Shown here piece after piece: positions 49,440-62,049 of a DNA stretch of 64,000 bases (position 1 is its first letter; each line of letters opens with the position of its first letter). Under the pieces are notes generated by a model. The model was given only the letters and a program-made list of their open reading frames with translations, made no database searches and had not been told where the DNA came from. Source of the DNA: Octopus bimaculoides (Eukaryota); NCBI RefSeq assembly GCF_001194135.2, contig NC_068981.1:134459182-134523181 (forward strand). The letters run 5' to 3'. The position numbers were made by a program, and so were the translations under genes.

Positions 49440-50518
49440 TGATGCGACCACCGAAAAACAAATTAATGTTAGATCCCTATTCCTCGAGTTGGGTTTGAAA
49501 CCGTATTCTGGTTGTTGAGGACAATGGTATTTCCTTTGTCCTATGAACAAGTACAGTTATTTTTAGCGTAGGAGTGATCGCTGACCTTTTCCGGTCAGCG
49601 AAAGTTCAGAAAAACAAGATAGGAATTGTACTGAACTGACCCAGCTTTGAAGGGAGTAAGGTAGCACTATTGAGCTACGGTATTTGTGATAAATACAACA
49701 GCGAGAGTTGGGGACAGGGGAATTGGCACGAGCGGTTGGCCCGAGGCAGTTGGCCAGAGCAGTTGGCCAGGGAGTTGGATGAAGAACGTCAGCCAGTGAA
49801 GATGTACAGCAGTTGATGTGAAGGCCAGTGGAGCCAGTGAAGATGAACAGAGAGACTGACAGAGAGAGGCTGAGAGAGAGAGCCTATGGTCAGCAGATAG
49901 GGACTGAAGCAATGAGAGAGAGGGACAGAGAGATGGAACTGTTGTGGCAGCCAAGAGATTGTAGTAGTCAGTTGGTCACTTCTTGTGGATTATTGCTGGA
50001 GCTTTGAAGGAAAGAAAATTCTTGCGGTAAAGGTTTGTGTAAATATTCTTTAAAAAGAGAACTTTGTTAAATGTTTTCAAAGAAAAAGAGATTTTGTTAA
50101 CTGGTGGAAAAGAAAAGAAAAGAACTTTGATGGGACATGTTAATGGAAAAGAAAAACAACGAAGTGAAAGAACTTTTAATTCGACTTGATATATGAACTC
50201 TTGATTGTAAACTTTTGCTTATGTAATGATTGAAAACCTTTGTATTGTTACATGTGCTTAGAACTTTATTGTTACATGTTATTTCAGAATTATTGTTATG
50301 CAATATTTTGATGATGATGATGTTTTGATGTAAAAAGTTAGTTCCACTACCCAACGCATGGTCTCCGTGTTATTTCTTCCTCCTTTTGCCTGTTGTCTTC
50401 GTTACGTGCTCCGGCTGGGCTTAGTCGTGGCGAACATCCCGACTCACTGAGCGTCGACGTTCGTGCGCGCGCGAGTTTTCTCTTCGTCGAGGTGCTTCGC
50501 GTGTGGGCGTTCGTAACA
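49440..50518. mobile_element. Solo LTR, 1079 bp, probably Ty3/Gypsy
   Basis: TG...CA termini; GTAT at 49436-49439 and 50519-50522 (4-bp TSD); CpG-rich; no coding domains. Confidence 0.75.
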
Positions 50519-51612
50519 GTATAAAAACTGCACCATTCTGCCAAGCCATATCAAGCTAGTATGGCAGAGTAGGCTCATCAAACCAGTATGATCTCAAGCT
50601 CAAATTCATATCAGACCATGGTTGGTGGAGAGAACATGCTGAGGCCTTCGTCCTGCAGTGGACTGAGCATAGGTAACCCAGTCTAATCCAAAAATGCCCC
50701 AATACAGGACAGTTGAATAGTGAATTGGTAGAATTGATAGAGTATTGGATGATATGCCTTGTAGTATCTTTTCTGGTTCTTTGCATTCCGACAGCAGTGC
50801 CTTCAATGCCGCTAGTGCAAAGCTGTGTTGGCCCAAATCAGTGACATTTACCTTGGAGAATATTGGTAGTCTAGAGATGGGAGATTTGCATGCATGGGTG
50901 ACTACCAGTCTTCCACAATAGACATTTCAATCTTGACTTACAGATGCCTAGTATGTCATCGTCATCATCATTATCATTTTAATGTCTGCTTTTTCAAGCT
51001 TGCATGCATCGTATGGATGCATGATCACCTGTCACCAATGATCACCTGTTTCTAAGTAAGGTAATATTTCTCCCAGAAATAGGGTAGATTGAAAACGAAA
51101 GTCACTGCTTGCATGACATTGACACTTGTTTAGAACTATCACATCATGTTTAAGACAAGGTGACAGTAACAAACACACACACATACACACATGTTTTTAT
51201 GCTGTGTTTACAGCTCCAGGTACTTATAATTATGGCAGGCTTTTTTTTTAGTTTACATCTATGATATTTAAAATAGTTTCTGTCCACCAAATCCACTCAG
51301 AAGACTTCAGTCAGCTTGGGACTATAAGAGAAAATACATACCAAAAGTGTCACACAGTGGAACTGAACCTGAAATCATGTGGTTGGAAAGTGGACGTCAT
51401 GGAACCACACCTGCACATGATGTATATTTGGCATATACAAAGCAAAAGACTGGTGCTGATCTCGTAGCAATATTACTTTTAGAATAGCTGCAAAAGAAAT
51501 TATTTTTCTTTGTCACTCTCTGTCCATCTCCCTCCCTCCCTCTCTTCATGTTTATGTTTTGTGGACATTTTAAAACAAAATATGATTTTCTATTTTGAAG
51601 TAATAGATTTAG

Positions 51613-51646
<34 letters not shown>

Positions 51647-51656
51647 NNNNNNNNNN

Positions 51657-51698
<42 letters not shown>

Positions 51699-52609
51699 AG
51701 AATTATGATTTAAAAAAATCTAGTTTCATGCAGTGCAAACTTCAGCATAAACGTTTCCAGAGACAATATTTTTTGTTCTGTGCTTATAGCTCTTGGCATT
51801 TTTAAGGAAAAAAAAATTGCTTGAAATATCAAATGTCTGTTAGTGCTTGACTACTTCAGTTACATTGTCATTTTCAAATTGTAGACCTAGCTAAATGCTA
51901 AGGATGTCCTCTTATGTGCTACAGAACTTCTTCTATTTTCCTTAATATTCAATATTGGTTACTTTATAGATAATAATCTAAAATGCTTATTAATATAATT
52001 TTCTATTATTGTAACTAAGCCATCGGTTTAGAAGCAGTCAAATAGAAATGGTATTAAAAATGTTTTTGTCCTTTTTTTTGAAGGGTGTTTTTTTTTTTGT
52101 TTTTTACAATTTCCATTAAATATGAAATCAATTAGTCATTTTTTTTCTCTTTTTGTACATCTAGGATATTTAGAATATTGCCATTTAAAATATGTTGTGA
52201 TTTTAAAGAATGAATTACTGAGAGTGATATATTTAATAATTTACTGATATGCAGTGTTCTAAACCCACACAATTATTTTTACCAGCATAAAATATCATCA
52301 CCATTGTTTTAACGTCTACTTTTCCATACTTGCATGAGTCAGTGGAGTTTATTAAAGCACATTTTCTACAGCCGGATATCCTTCATGTTGGCAATCTTTA
52401 TTTCCAAGTAAGGCAATATTTCCCCATGACCAGAAATGTTTACACAGAATATTGGAAATGAATGACAGTTATTTACAACAAAGATCTGACTCCATAGGGA
52501 GACAGAAACACATTCACACTCACGCATACATACACATATCTGTTAAATATAAACTCATGATCTTTTACTTTGTTTTTATAAGGAATTACATAGCAGCAAT
52601 ATTATACAA

Positions 52610-52830
52610 AGAAAGGGCAACAGGGTGGCAAAATCCATTAGCATGCTGGGCAAAATGCTTCACAGCATTTCATTTGTCTTTATGCTCTGAGTTCAAATGC
52701 TGCCAAGGTCAATTTTGCCTTTCATCCATTTGTATTGATGAAATAAGTACCAGTTGAACACTGGGGTCAATGTAGTCGACTTTCCCCTCCTCCAAAATTG
52801 CTGGCCTTTTGCCAAACTTTGAAACCAATA
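52610..52830 (+). mobile_element. SINE family B
   Basis: gggtggcaaaatccattagcatgctgggc...ctctgagttcaaatgctgcc. Confidence 0.75.
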
Positions 52831-53428
52831 TTATACAAGGTAGAAACAAAATAGGTAATTAAATGATGAAATAGATCACTAACCTATTAGTCTTGAGTTC
52901 AAAACACACTGTATGTATTTCATTGTATTCTGAACAATATTTGTCCTACTTTGGACAGAAGGCCTAAAATGCCAGCTAATTTAACACGTCCATCTGAGGG
53001 TTGACTGTCTTTTCGTGTGTAACAATCTCTGAACACATTTCATCTAACTACATTCCTTCCATAATATAACTGTTCATCAAGGGGTACAGGTGAAGAGGTT
53101 TCCCAGTAGACTCACTGCCAAATAGAGCAAAGGGCCTGAACTGATGAGAGGTTGCTTTTCAGCTATTATATCATTGTATATAATCACATATCCTTCTTCC
53201 CACTGGTTTGTGCTGGTGCTACAGTGAGTACAGGATTTTGTGAGGCTTTCCTGCAATCACACTGACCTCTAGCTTGAAACACAATCCCATATCCTCTATT
53301 TCTAACTCGTCTGTTATTTTCTTAATTTTAGTTTATTCCTTATAAAACTATTTCCATCTCACACACCATCAACTCTGGCTGTGGTACATACATACTACAT
53401 ACATACATACATACATACATACATGCAT

Positions 53429-53666
53429 ACATACATAATGGAGATGTACTTGTATAGCAAGTGACCTGACCTGAGATCATGTGCTGAAATAAAAACAATT
53501 GCAGCATGGAAGGTGTTTATAAGCCATGCTGCATGGAATTTTGTCAGTAAACAGGTCACAGTCTCAAAGCGACGAAAATATTTTGGCAAATTAAATTCAA
53601 ATGTTGAAGTGAATCTAAAGGTTTTTGTGTGTTTTTAAATGGCTTATAAACACTTTCCATGCTGCA

Positions 53667-53671
<5 letters not shown>
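53429..53671. mobile_element. Non-autonomous DNA element with a 33-bp internal inverted repeat, flanked by microsatellites
   Basis: 53495-53527 vs 53639-53671 reverse-complementary with one mismatch. Confidence 0.65.
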
Positions 53672-53713
<42 letters not shown>

Positions 53714-53879
53714 AGTTAATAAAAAAAAACATGCATCAGAAAGAAGTACACTCTAAAGAATAGTGCAGTAATTATTACAGTGAAAATTTTGTATCTTGGA
53801 CATAGAGTGGCTGCGAAACCTTGGGTAATTCTATGTCCAAGATATAAAATTTTTGTTTGATGCATGTATATATATATAT

Positions 53880-54050
53880 ATGATGAACTTCCACACAGTT
53901 TCTTTTCATCTGACAAATTCACTCACAAGGCATTGATTGGCCCAGGGTTATAGTAGAAGATACTTGCCCAATATGTCACATAGTCGACTGAACCCATAAT
54001 CACATGCTTGCAAATCAAGGTTCCTAACTACACAGCCATGCCTGCACCTG
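53880..54050 (-). mobile_element. SINE family A head and core
   Basis: aaattcactcacaagg...ctacacagccatgcctgcac. Confidence 0.75.
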
Positions 54051-55369
54051 TTACAGATTCTTTTTGTCTTAGAATACATGTAAATTTATTCAAAGTACTA
54101 TGATGTTGTAAATGTGTATCACAATAGTTGCGTGGGTTGGTGTATGTGCATTGGTATTCACAAATGGGTATCTCTACAAGGTTTTGTGTATAATTGTCCT
54201 TTACATTTCATGGAGTTCATTTGATTCTTTAAGCTGCTGTCATTTATATTACAATGTGGTTTAGATCACAAGACAATTAATGCAACAAAAACTGAGCAAG
54301 TCACCCACAGACAGAAAAACAAATAACCTCAACATTGTTTTCAATTATCATATGAGTAGGCTGTCATTTTTAGATTACAACAAAAATACTGACAGCGTGA
54401 TGAAAATTTTAATTTCTTTCTTACACTACAATCTACAAGTCAAGGGATTTATAAACAAGAACTTTTGAATTAAGTATACTTCTGAATGACATTAAATATT
54501 TTAACTTACACAACATGAGTATGTTAATTTAACAATTTCTAAATTCTTTTCATCATCACAATCATCATCAGCATCATCATCAGCTGCAGCAGTAACATCA
54601 GCAGCATCATTTGATGTTTGTTCCATGCTGAGATGTGTTGGGCGGTCTGATAGGATTCTGTGGGCCCAAGGACTGCATTATGCTCCAGTGTCTGCTTAAA
54701 CATGGTTTCTACAGGTAGATGCTCTCACTAACACCAACTGCTTCACAGTATGTTCTGGGTGCTATTCTTCATACCAGTTCTAGTGAGGCTGTCATGCAGT
54801 TTGAAGGGATACAAATCCAGAGGGGGTCAAAACTTATGCTTGGAAATCATGGGTAAAAGTATGAGAGAAGAGGCTAGAGTTGAACAGGTCTCTTACTATT
54901 GAGGAGCTGCATGACTTCTCATTTTAGAAGAGAGTATAGGAGTGATTGAGTGGAGTCAGTGTGAGTGGAGCAGATGAGTAGAGTGAGTTGAGAAGATTGA
55001 GTGCAGCAATGAAGTGGGGCTGACAGTGCTGAACAGCAGAATAGTGATGAAACAGTAAACAAGAGAATGATGTGAATGTGATGATGTTGGGTAGATTGCA
55101 GTAGTGGGTAGAGAAAAGAGAAACAGACTTAGTGCATGAGGAGGGTGAGAAACATATGGTGGTGGAGGAGGTGATCAGTCAAGTGTGGGTGGAGAGAAGA
55201 GAATCAGAAAGTAAATTAAGCAATTCATTGTATATTTTCAAACTGAAAATATATTCTATGAAATAATTTTCTTTAAAGAATTTATTAAAAATAGTACTTA
55301 CTTGAAATGAAAGGTCATTTGTTCATAAACCATTTATATAATTTTTTTTCTTATTATGGGAATAGGTAT

Positions 55370-55722
55370 AGATATGGCTGTTGTGGTTAAGAACTCTACT
55401 TCATAACCACTTAGTCTAAGCTTCAGCCACATTACATTGCACCTTGTGCGTATGTCTTCCATAACAGATCAGGCCAAACAATGTTTTTTTAGTGAATTTG
55501 GTAGACAGAAACTGTACAAAGCCTATCATATGTGTGCGCGCTTGTGTGCATGAGCATATTTGCATAAATATTTGCATCCTGCACTTTGGAAGTTGAGTGG
55601 AATTAAAATTGTTTTACTTGAAAATAGATAAGGGTTACAACAGGAAGGGCATTCAGTTGTGAAACAATACTGCAATAATGTATTCATACAACCCATGCTA
55701 CCATGGAAAAATGAACATAAAA
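55370..55722 (+). mobile_element. SINE A2 (RTE-type tail), degraded
   Basis: head gatatggctgttgtggttaag; tail acaggaagggcattcagttgtg...catggaaaaatgaacataaa. Confidence 0.6.
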
Positions 55723-55798
55723 ACAAATGAATAACTGAATGTTAAGCTCATATTTATGTTTCTGAAAGATTGCACAATACAAAACTCTTCTATATATA

Positions 55799-55960
55799 CC
55801 ATATTTTAATGTGTATAAGGAACCCCCTAATTTTTGTGATTTAAAATTTGGAAAAAAGGTTTAGTAAGGGATTATAGTACTATCCATGTATAAGAAACTC
55901 CCATATTTTTTAAACCTAATTTTTGACAAAAATGGGTTCCTTATACACGGTAAAATATGG
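55799..55960. mobile_element. Tc1/mariner-superfamily (pogo/Tc2-like) MITE, 162 bp
   Basis: TIR ccatattttaatgtgtataaggaaccc / gggttccttatacacggtaaaatatgg; TA on both sides. Confidence 0.8.
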
Positions 55961-56546
55961 TAATTATGTGATCATTCTGTGATGTTTCTCTCACTCAATA
56001 ACTTTATGACAAGCTTTGAGCGTTCATGTTAGATCACATGGGATGCCCATGTGTTGTTCACAAATCATTCTGCTAAGCATGCAAGATACATATTTATTTG
56101 AAAATCATTTCAAGAAAACTAGTAACAGTTTAATTAATTAAACCAAAGTCAATGCCCTTTCATACACACTGCCATGATGACTGTGGTGATCTATTTTTGC
56201 TTTACAAATGATAGATCTCAGAACTGCTTCTCTTTCCAAACTGTCAACGGAACTCCTATAAGCAAGAGAACCATTTATAACGTATTATTTGAGGACAAGG
56301 TTGATCTTTCCTGAGAGAAATTCATTCAGTCTGTTCAATACAAAAATATAGAAGTGTAGTATTGTCTTATCAGAGAGAAAAACAAAAACAGCTAACTGAT
56401 AAAATTATGAGAATACAAAAAAAAAATGAAAATGAAAACATTATGACATTGGTATAAATTTGAGAAAACTAATGTGTTTTAATACTTATGTTTCTTTCTA
56501 TGAAAATAGCTGGTTTTCTGCTTTATATATAGTTTAGTTTTGTTAC

Positions 56547-56585
<39 letters not shown>

Positions 56586-57289
56586 GGTGGGGAACGAGAG
56601 AGCCAGTAGAGGTGGACAGAATTCTGTTATGAAATTAATGTTACATTCTTTGTAAAGTATGTTGTCACTTATACTGCAAGCCATTGTTGATTGATTACTC
56701 TCCAGTGCAATAAAGTTGTTGTACCTTACTTTGATTGTATTCTGAATTGCAATTGTTTAAAGCTAACTACTACTTACTAATACTAAACAGATATAAATTA
56801 TAAAACTACAAGAAGATGCATTCAAAACTGTATGACAAGTTAAAGCATTAGAATTGAGGTTTACCGTAGACTAGAGTTGTTTTTTCAGAGGATTATAAAA
56901 TATAATTATTTATGTAAGAACAGGAAATAGTTGAAGAGAGTACCACAGTTCATAAATTGAACAAGCTCCTTCTAGGTCAGCTTCATTAAACATTTGAGCT
57001 TTTGTTATATTTCGGGATGGTCATATTTTTTCTTACCAAATAAACACATGCTCTATATATTTGTTCTTTACTTGTTCATCATTGTTCTTATTTTTTGTCC
57101 ATTGTCTGAAAATCTTTTTTCACACACCTGCGACCTCTTCAGCAACTCTCCATCCCACGTGTCTCCTGTTTGAACTTTAGTTAACATTTGTTAAAAAATT
57201 TTATGGAAATGGCATTCAAAAATCTTATTAAACTGTAAAAGTATTTGAAACTTATTGATTATATCAAATTTGAGCCAAATTTCTTTAGC

Positions 57290-57625
57290 AAGTCTCTTCT
57301 ACTATTGCTCAGGGTCAGCCAAAATCTTGTGAGTGAATATGATAGAGAAACTGAAAGAAACCTATTGTGTGTGTGTGTGTGTATTTCTCTGCCATGACAT
57401 TCTGTGATAGTTATAAATGAGTGTTACTGGGTCACCATCGTGCAAGGAGTGTCATTTGTTTCTAATTTTGCATGTAAGCATGTGTGACTATGGAAAATAT
57501 TACCTTACTTGGAAACACATAAGTGTTGGTAACAGGAAGGATATTTGTCCAAGAAAATTTGCCTCAACAAAGTGAGTTGACTCTAAGCAAGCATAGATAA
57601 GTGGATGGTAAAATGATGATGATGA
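57290..57625 (+). mobile_element. SINE A2 (RTE-type tail), 5'-truncated
   Basis: core then aacaggaaggatatttgtcc...aaaatgatgatgatgat. Confidence 0.65.
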
Positions 57626-57671
57626 TATATGTATAGTCTTGATTAAGTAGTTATCTTGCCTATATATATAT

Positions 57672-60273
57672 ATCATCATCATCATCATCGTTTAATGTCC
57701 GCTTTCCATGCTAGTATGGGTTGGACGATTTAACTTAGGACTGGCGAACCGGATGGCAGCACCAGCTCCGATCTGATCTGGCAGAGTTTCTACAGCTGGA
57801 TGCCCTTCCTAACGCCAACCACTCCGAAAGTCTAGTGGGTGCTTTTACATGCCACCAGCATGAGGGCCAGTCAGGAGGTACTGGCAACGGCCATGCTCAA
57901 GTGGTGTTTTTTACGTGCCACCTGTACAGGAGCCATTTCAGCGGCACTGGCAACGACCTCGCTTGAATGTTTTTTCACATGCCACTGGCACAAGTGCCAG
58001 TAAGGAGACGCTGGTAACAATCACATTCAAATGGTGCTTTTTACGTAACACCGGCACGGAAGCCAGTCAGCTGCTCTGGCAGCGATCACACTCAGATGGT
58101 GCTCTTAGTGCTTCACTGGCTTGGGTGCCAGTCAACGAATTTGCGAATTTGATTTAATTTCGATTTCACTCGCCTCAACAGGTCTTCGCAAGCAGAGTTT
58201 AGTGTCCAATGAAGGAAAGGTACGCATAAGTGGGCTGGTTACACCCCTGGCATAGGCCACTGGTTATGGTCTCACTTGGCTTGCCAAGTCTTCTCATGCA
58301 CTGCATATTTCCAAAGGTCTCAGTCACTAGTCATTGTCTTGGTGAGGCCTATTGTTTGAAGGTCATGCTTCACCACATCATCTCAGGTATTCCTGGGTCT
58401 ACCTCTTCCACAGGTTCCCTCAACCGCTAGGGTGTGGCACTTTTTCACACAGCTATCCTCATCCATTCTCACCACATGACCATACCNNNNNNNNNNTTCA
58501 CACAGCTATCCTCATCCATTCTCACCACATGACCATACCAGTGCAATTGTCTCTCTTGCACACCACATCTGATGCTTCTTATGTCCAATTTTTCTCTCAA
58601 GGTACTTACAATCTGTCAAGTATGCACACTGACATTACACATCCATCAGAGAATACTGGCTTCATTCCTTGCAAGCTTACACATGTCCTCAGCAGTCACG
58701 GCCCATGTTTTACTGCCATGTAGCATGGCTGTTCGTACACATGCATCATACAATCTACCTTTTACTCTGAGTGAGAGGCCCTTTGTCACAAGCAGAGGTA
58801 AGAGCTCTCTAAACTTTGCCCAGGCTATTCTTATTCTAGCAGCTACACTTTCAGCGCACCCTCCTCCGATACTGACTTGGTCACCTAGGTAACGGAAGCT
58901 ATCAACTACTTCTAGTTTTCCTCCTGGAATGTGACGGAAGCTGTTCTCTGCACATTTTCAGTGTTTATTGCCCTTGAGCATCTGCCACATACAAAAACTA
59001 TCTTCCCAGTTAGCCTTCCTTTGATATTGCAGCACCTCTTATGTGTCCATAGCTTACAATGGGTACATCTTATAGAGTTTCTACCTACACCTCTTCTACA
59101 GACCGAGCAGGCCCATCTACCTGAAAGGATTTGTAGTTTGTTTGCCTTCCTACTTATTAGAACTTTGGTTTTAGCTAAGTTGACTCTAAGGCCCTTCGAT
59201 TCTAATCCTTGTTTCCACACCTGAAACTGCTCCTCTAGTTCTGATAGTGACTCAGCAATTAGAGCAAGGTCGTCAGCATAGAGGAGCTCCCAGGGGCATC
59301 CTGTTTTGAATTCCTCTGTTATTGCCTGGAAGACTATGATAGATAGGAGGGGGCTGAGGACTGAACCTTGGTGGACCCCTACCTCTACCCAGAATTCTTC
59401 ACTGTACTCATTGCCAACCCTCACCTTACTGACACCATCCCTGTACATGGCTTGCACAGCTCTCACTAACCATTCATCTATCCCTAGTTTCCTCATTGAC
59501 CACCAGATAAGGGATCGGGGACCCCTGTCAAAGACTTTCTCCATGTCAACGAAAGCCAGGTACAGAGGTTTATATTTGGCTAGGTATTTCTCCTGCAGCT
59601 GTCTTACCAGAAATATAGCATCAGTGGTGCTTTTCCCCCGGCACAAACCCAAACTGCATCTCATCTAAACTAACTCTCTCCCTAATTAGTTGGGCTATGA
59701 CCCTCTCCGTGACTTTCATTACCTGATCTAACAGCTTGATACCTCTGTAAGTATTTGTATCTAAAGCATCACCTTTACCTTTGTAGCACTCGACTATGGT
59801 GCTGCTACACCAGTCATTGGGTATCACTTCTTCGTGTATCACCTGGTTAACTATATGGGTGACTAGACTATAGCCGACACTGCCAGATATTTTGAGCATC
59901 TTTGCAGTGATTCCTGATGGGCCGGGGCCTTCCCTGTCTTCATACTCTTAATTGCTTTATCTACCATGGTACTGTCAACTTGGATAGCTGGTCCCTCTGT
60001 TGGATCGACATTCGGCAGACTCTCTTTCTCCCATTCATTTTCTTTATTGAGCAACCTTTCATAGTGGCATCTCCAAGCCTCTCTCTTTGCAGCCTCATTT
60101 AGTGCAGGTGAACCATCATCCATGAGGACACATTTCTCTTCTACGACATCACGATTCTCTCTCACACACTGTCTTGCAACACAAAATACCTCAAGTCTTT
60201 GGTCCTCACAGCACAGAACATTGGCAATTCTTTTCTTATTTGCTTCCCCTCTGGCTAAATAAACCTGTCTCAT
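57672..60273 (-). mobile_element. RTE-clade LINE, 5'-truncated, with a 3' UTR of about 600 bp and (TGA)n tail
   Basis: RT motifs YRGIKLL, FGF.PG, AFVDMEK.FD, GVHQGSVLSP, LYADD, FRYLG, RIRIAWAKF, LHWYGH, WDDVVKHD; stop at 58272-58274; frameshifted. Confidence 0.95.
58912..59664 (-). pseudogene. RTE reverse transcriptase core plus PHD-like zinc finger (largest open segment)
   Basis: 250-aa ORF in the track with YADD and CSVC...CTHCKLWTHKRC...CGRC. Confidence 0.9.
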
Positions 60274-60789
60274 GCATATATGCAGTTAAATATGCAGCAA
60301 CACATTTAAATATTTCTGCTTAGTCAAGATTATACCTATACCAAGGAGAGGTAAAGATTATTTTCTGTACAATGTACAAAAAAAAAGCAAAAAAAGCTAT
60401 GAAAATAATATTGTTATAAAATGGGTTGACACACCAAAGTACCAATTAAAATAGGAAATAATCTGGTGAAGAGAGGACCGGTCTGATCTTTGGCAGACAT
60501 GGTGAGAAATCTAATAGCTGTGTGTGTGTGTGATTAATCAGTTTTATTTCAAGATTTCTTGCCAATAGAGAATGAGCCAGTTTCTAACCTAAATCCAAGG
60601 CTCCATCATTGAAATTTCAACATCAACAACAACAGGGTATTTTTTTTATGTATGTATGCTTATATACATGCAGATTTGTATGTTTTGGTTTATGTATGTT
60701 TTCTCATGCATATACTTGCATATCTAGACATGCTCATATATACATAAAGGATAAACTTCTAGAATGTATGTATATATGTATGTATGCAT

Positions 60790-61090
60790 AGATGCAAGCA
60801 TGGCTGTGGTTAAGAAGCTTACTTTGCAACCACATGGTTTCAGGTTCAGTCCTACAACACAGCAAGTGTCATGCATTGTGAATGAATTTGATTGATGGAA
60901 GATGTGTGGAATCCCACCGGATACATATATGTGTGTGCATGTATGCATATGTATGTGTGTCTTTGTGTTCCCCCATCACCACCACTGGTGTGGGTTTGTT
61001 TATGTGTAATTTAGTGGTTCAACAAAAGAGATTGATAGAATAAGTTTCAGATTTAAAAAATAAGCACTGGAATTGATTTATTTGACTACC
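60790..61090 (+). mobile_element. SINE family A (A1-like, degraded)
   Basis: gcatggctgtggttaagaagcttac...gatagaataag. Confidence 0.7.
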
Positions 61091-61134
61091 CCATCTGAAA
61101 CAAGTAAGAGGTAATATATATATAATACCTATAC

Positions 61135-61505
61135 AGAAGTGGCTGTATGGTAAGTAGCTTGCTTACCAACCACATGGTTCCGAGTTCAGTCCCACTGTGT
61201 GGCACCTTGGGCAAGTGTCTTCTACTATAGCCTCGGGCCGACCAAAGCCTTGTGAGTGGATTTGGTAGACGGAAACTGAAAGAAGCCTGTCATATATATA
61301 TGTGTGTGTGTGTGTGTGTGTATATGTTTGTGTGTCTGTGTTTGTCCCCCCACTATTGCTTGACAATCAATGTTGGTGTGTTTACGTCCCGGAAAATTAG
61401 CAATTTGGCAAAAGAAACAATAGAATAAGTCATGGAGTTGATTTGTTCAACTAAAAGGCAGTGCTCCAGCATGACCACAGTCAAATGACTGAGACAAATA
61501 AAAGA
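61135..61505 (+). mobile_element. Young full-length SINE A1
   Basis: gaagtggctgtatggtaagtagcttgcttaccaacc...cctcgggccgacc...cagtcaaatgactgagacaaataaaagaataaa. Confidence 0.9.
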
Positions 61506-61639
61506 ATAAAAAAGAATACAGTTATGTTTCGGCATGATCATTTCTTTTTGTTTTTTTCTTGCCAAATAAACACATGCACTTTTATATATTACTCTGCAGT
61601 AGAAGTGTTAAGACCAGTTCCCCCAGTGATGAGGATTGA

Positions 61640-61860
61640 CTTGTAAGAGTCCTGTACTGGTACCACATAAAAGTGGCATGCAGTACCCCATAAAAGCATC
61701 CAGCACACTCTGTAAAGTGGTTGGTGATAGGAATGGCATCCAGCCATAGAAACCATGCCAAATCAGACTGGAGCCTGGAGCAGCTCCCCAGCTTGCCAGC
61801 TCTGGTCAAACAATCCAACCTATGCCAGCTTGGACAACGGACATTAAATGATGATGTTGA
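61640..61860 (+). mobile_element. RTE-tail repeat
   Basis: ggaatggcatccagccatagaaacc...ggacattaaatgatgatg. Confidence 0.75.
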
Positions 61861-62049
61861 TATATAATGAAAAGGTAACATTGAGTCTTTTTCTCAGTAA
61901 GCTTCAGCTTTACTGTAGTAACAGTGTTTGACATTTCATGGTTATCTGAAAACTAGATGTTAAATAGTAGTTAGGTATGATAGATTTTAATAAATCTTGA
62001 AAGTTTGAAATATAGAAGAATAGTCTTGTGTAAAAATGTCTAGTGATAA

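Noticed and set aside
49667-50544. ORFs at 49667, 50097 and 50347 inside the CpG-rich block
   Set aside because: They lie within the solo LTR, are low-complexity and have no gag or pol motifs.
56175-56312. Small ORF of about 46 aa (MMTVVIYFCF...PISKRTIYNVLFEDK)
   Set aside because: Length is within chance expectation, and only a vague HTH-like resemblance.
57860-58130. Recurring gtgcca...ggcac/cactgg units that look array-like (CRISPR-like)
   Set aside because: Degenerate internal repeats of the RTE 3' UTR, with no constant repeat-spacer structure, no cas genes and a eukaryotic context.
58931-60102. Plus-strand ORFs at 58931, 59306 and 59917, and ORFs at 5130 and 9505
   Set aside because: Antisense shadows of LINE coding sequence.
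61135-61200. SINE heads as tRNA genes
   Set aside because: They have A/B-box-like motifs but no complete cloverleaf and run directly into SINE cores.
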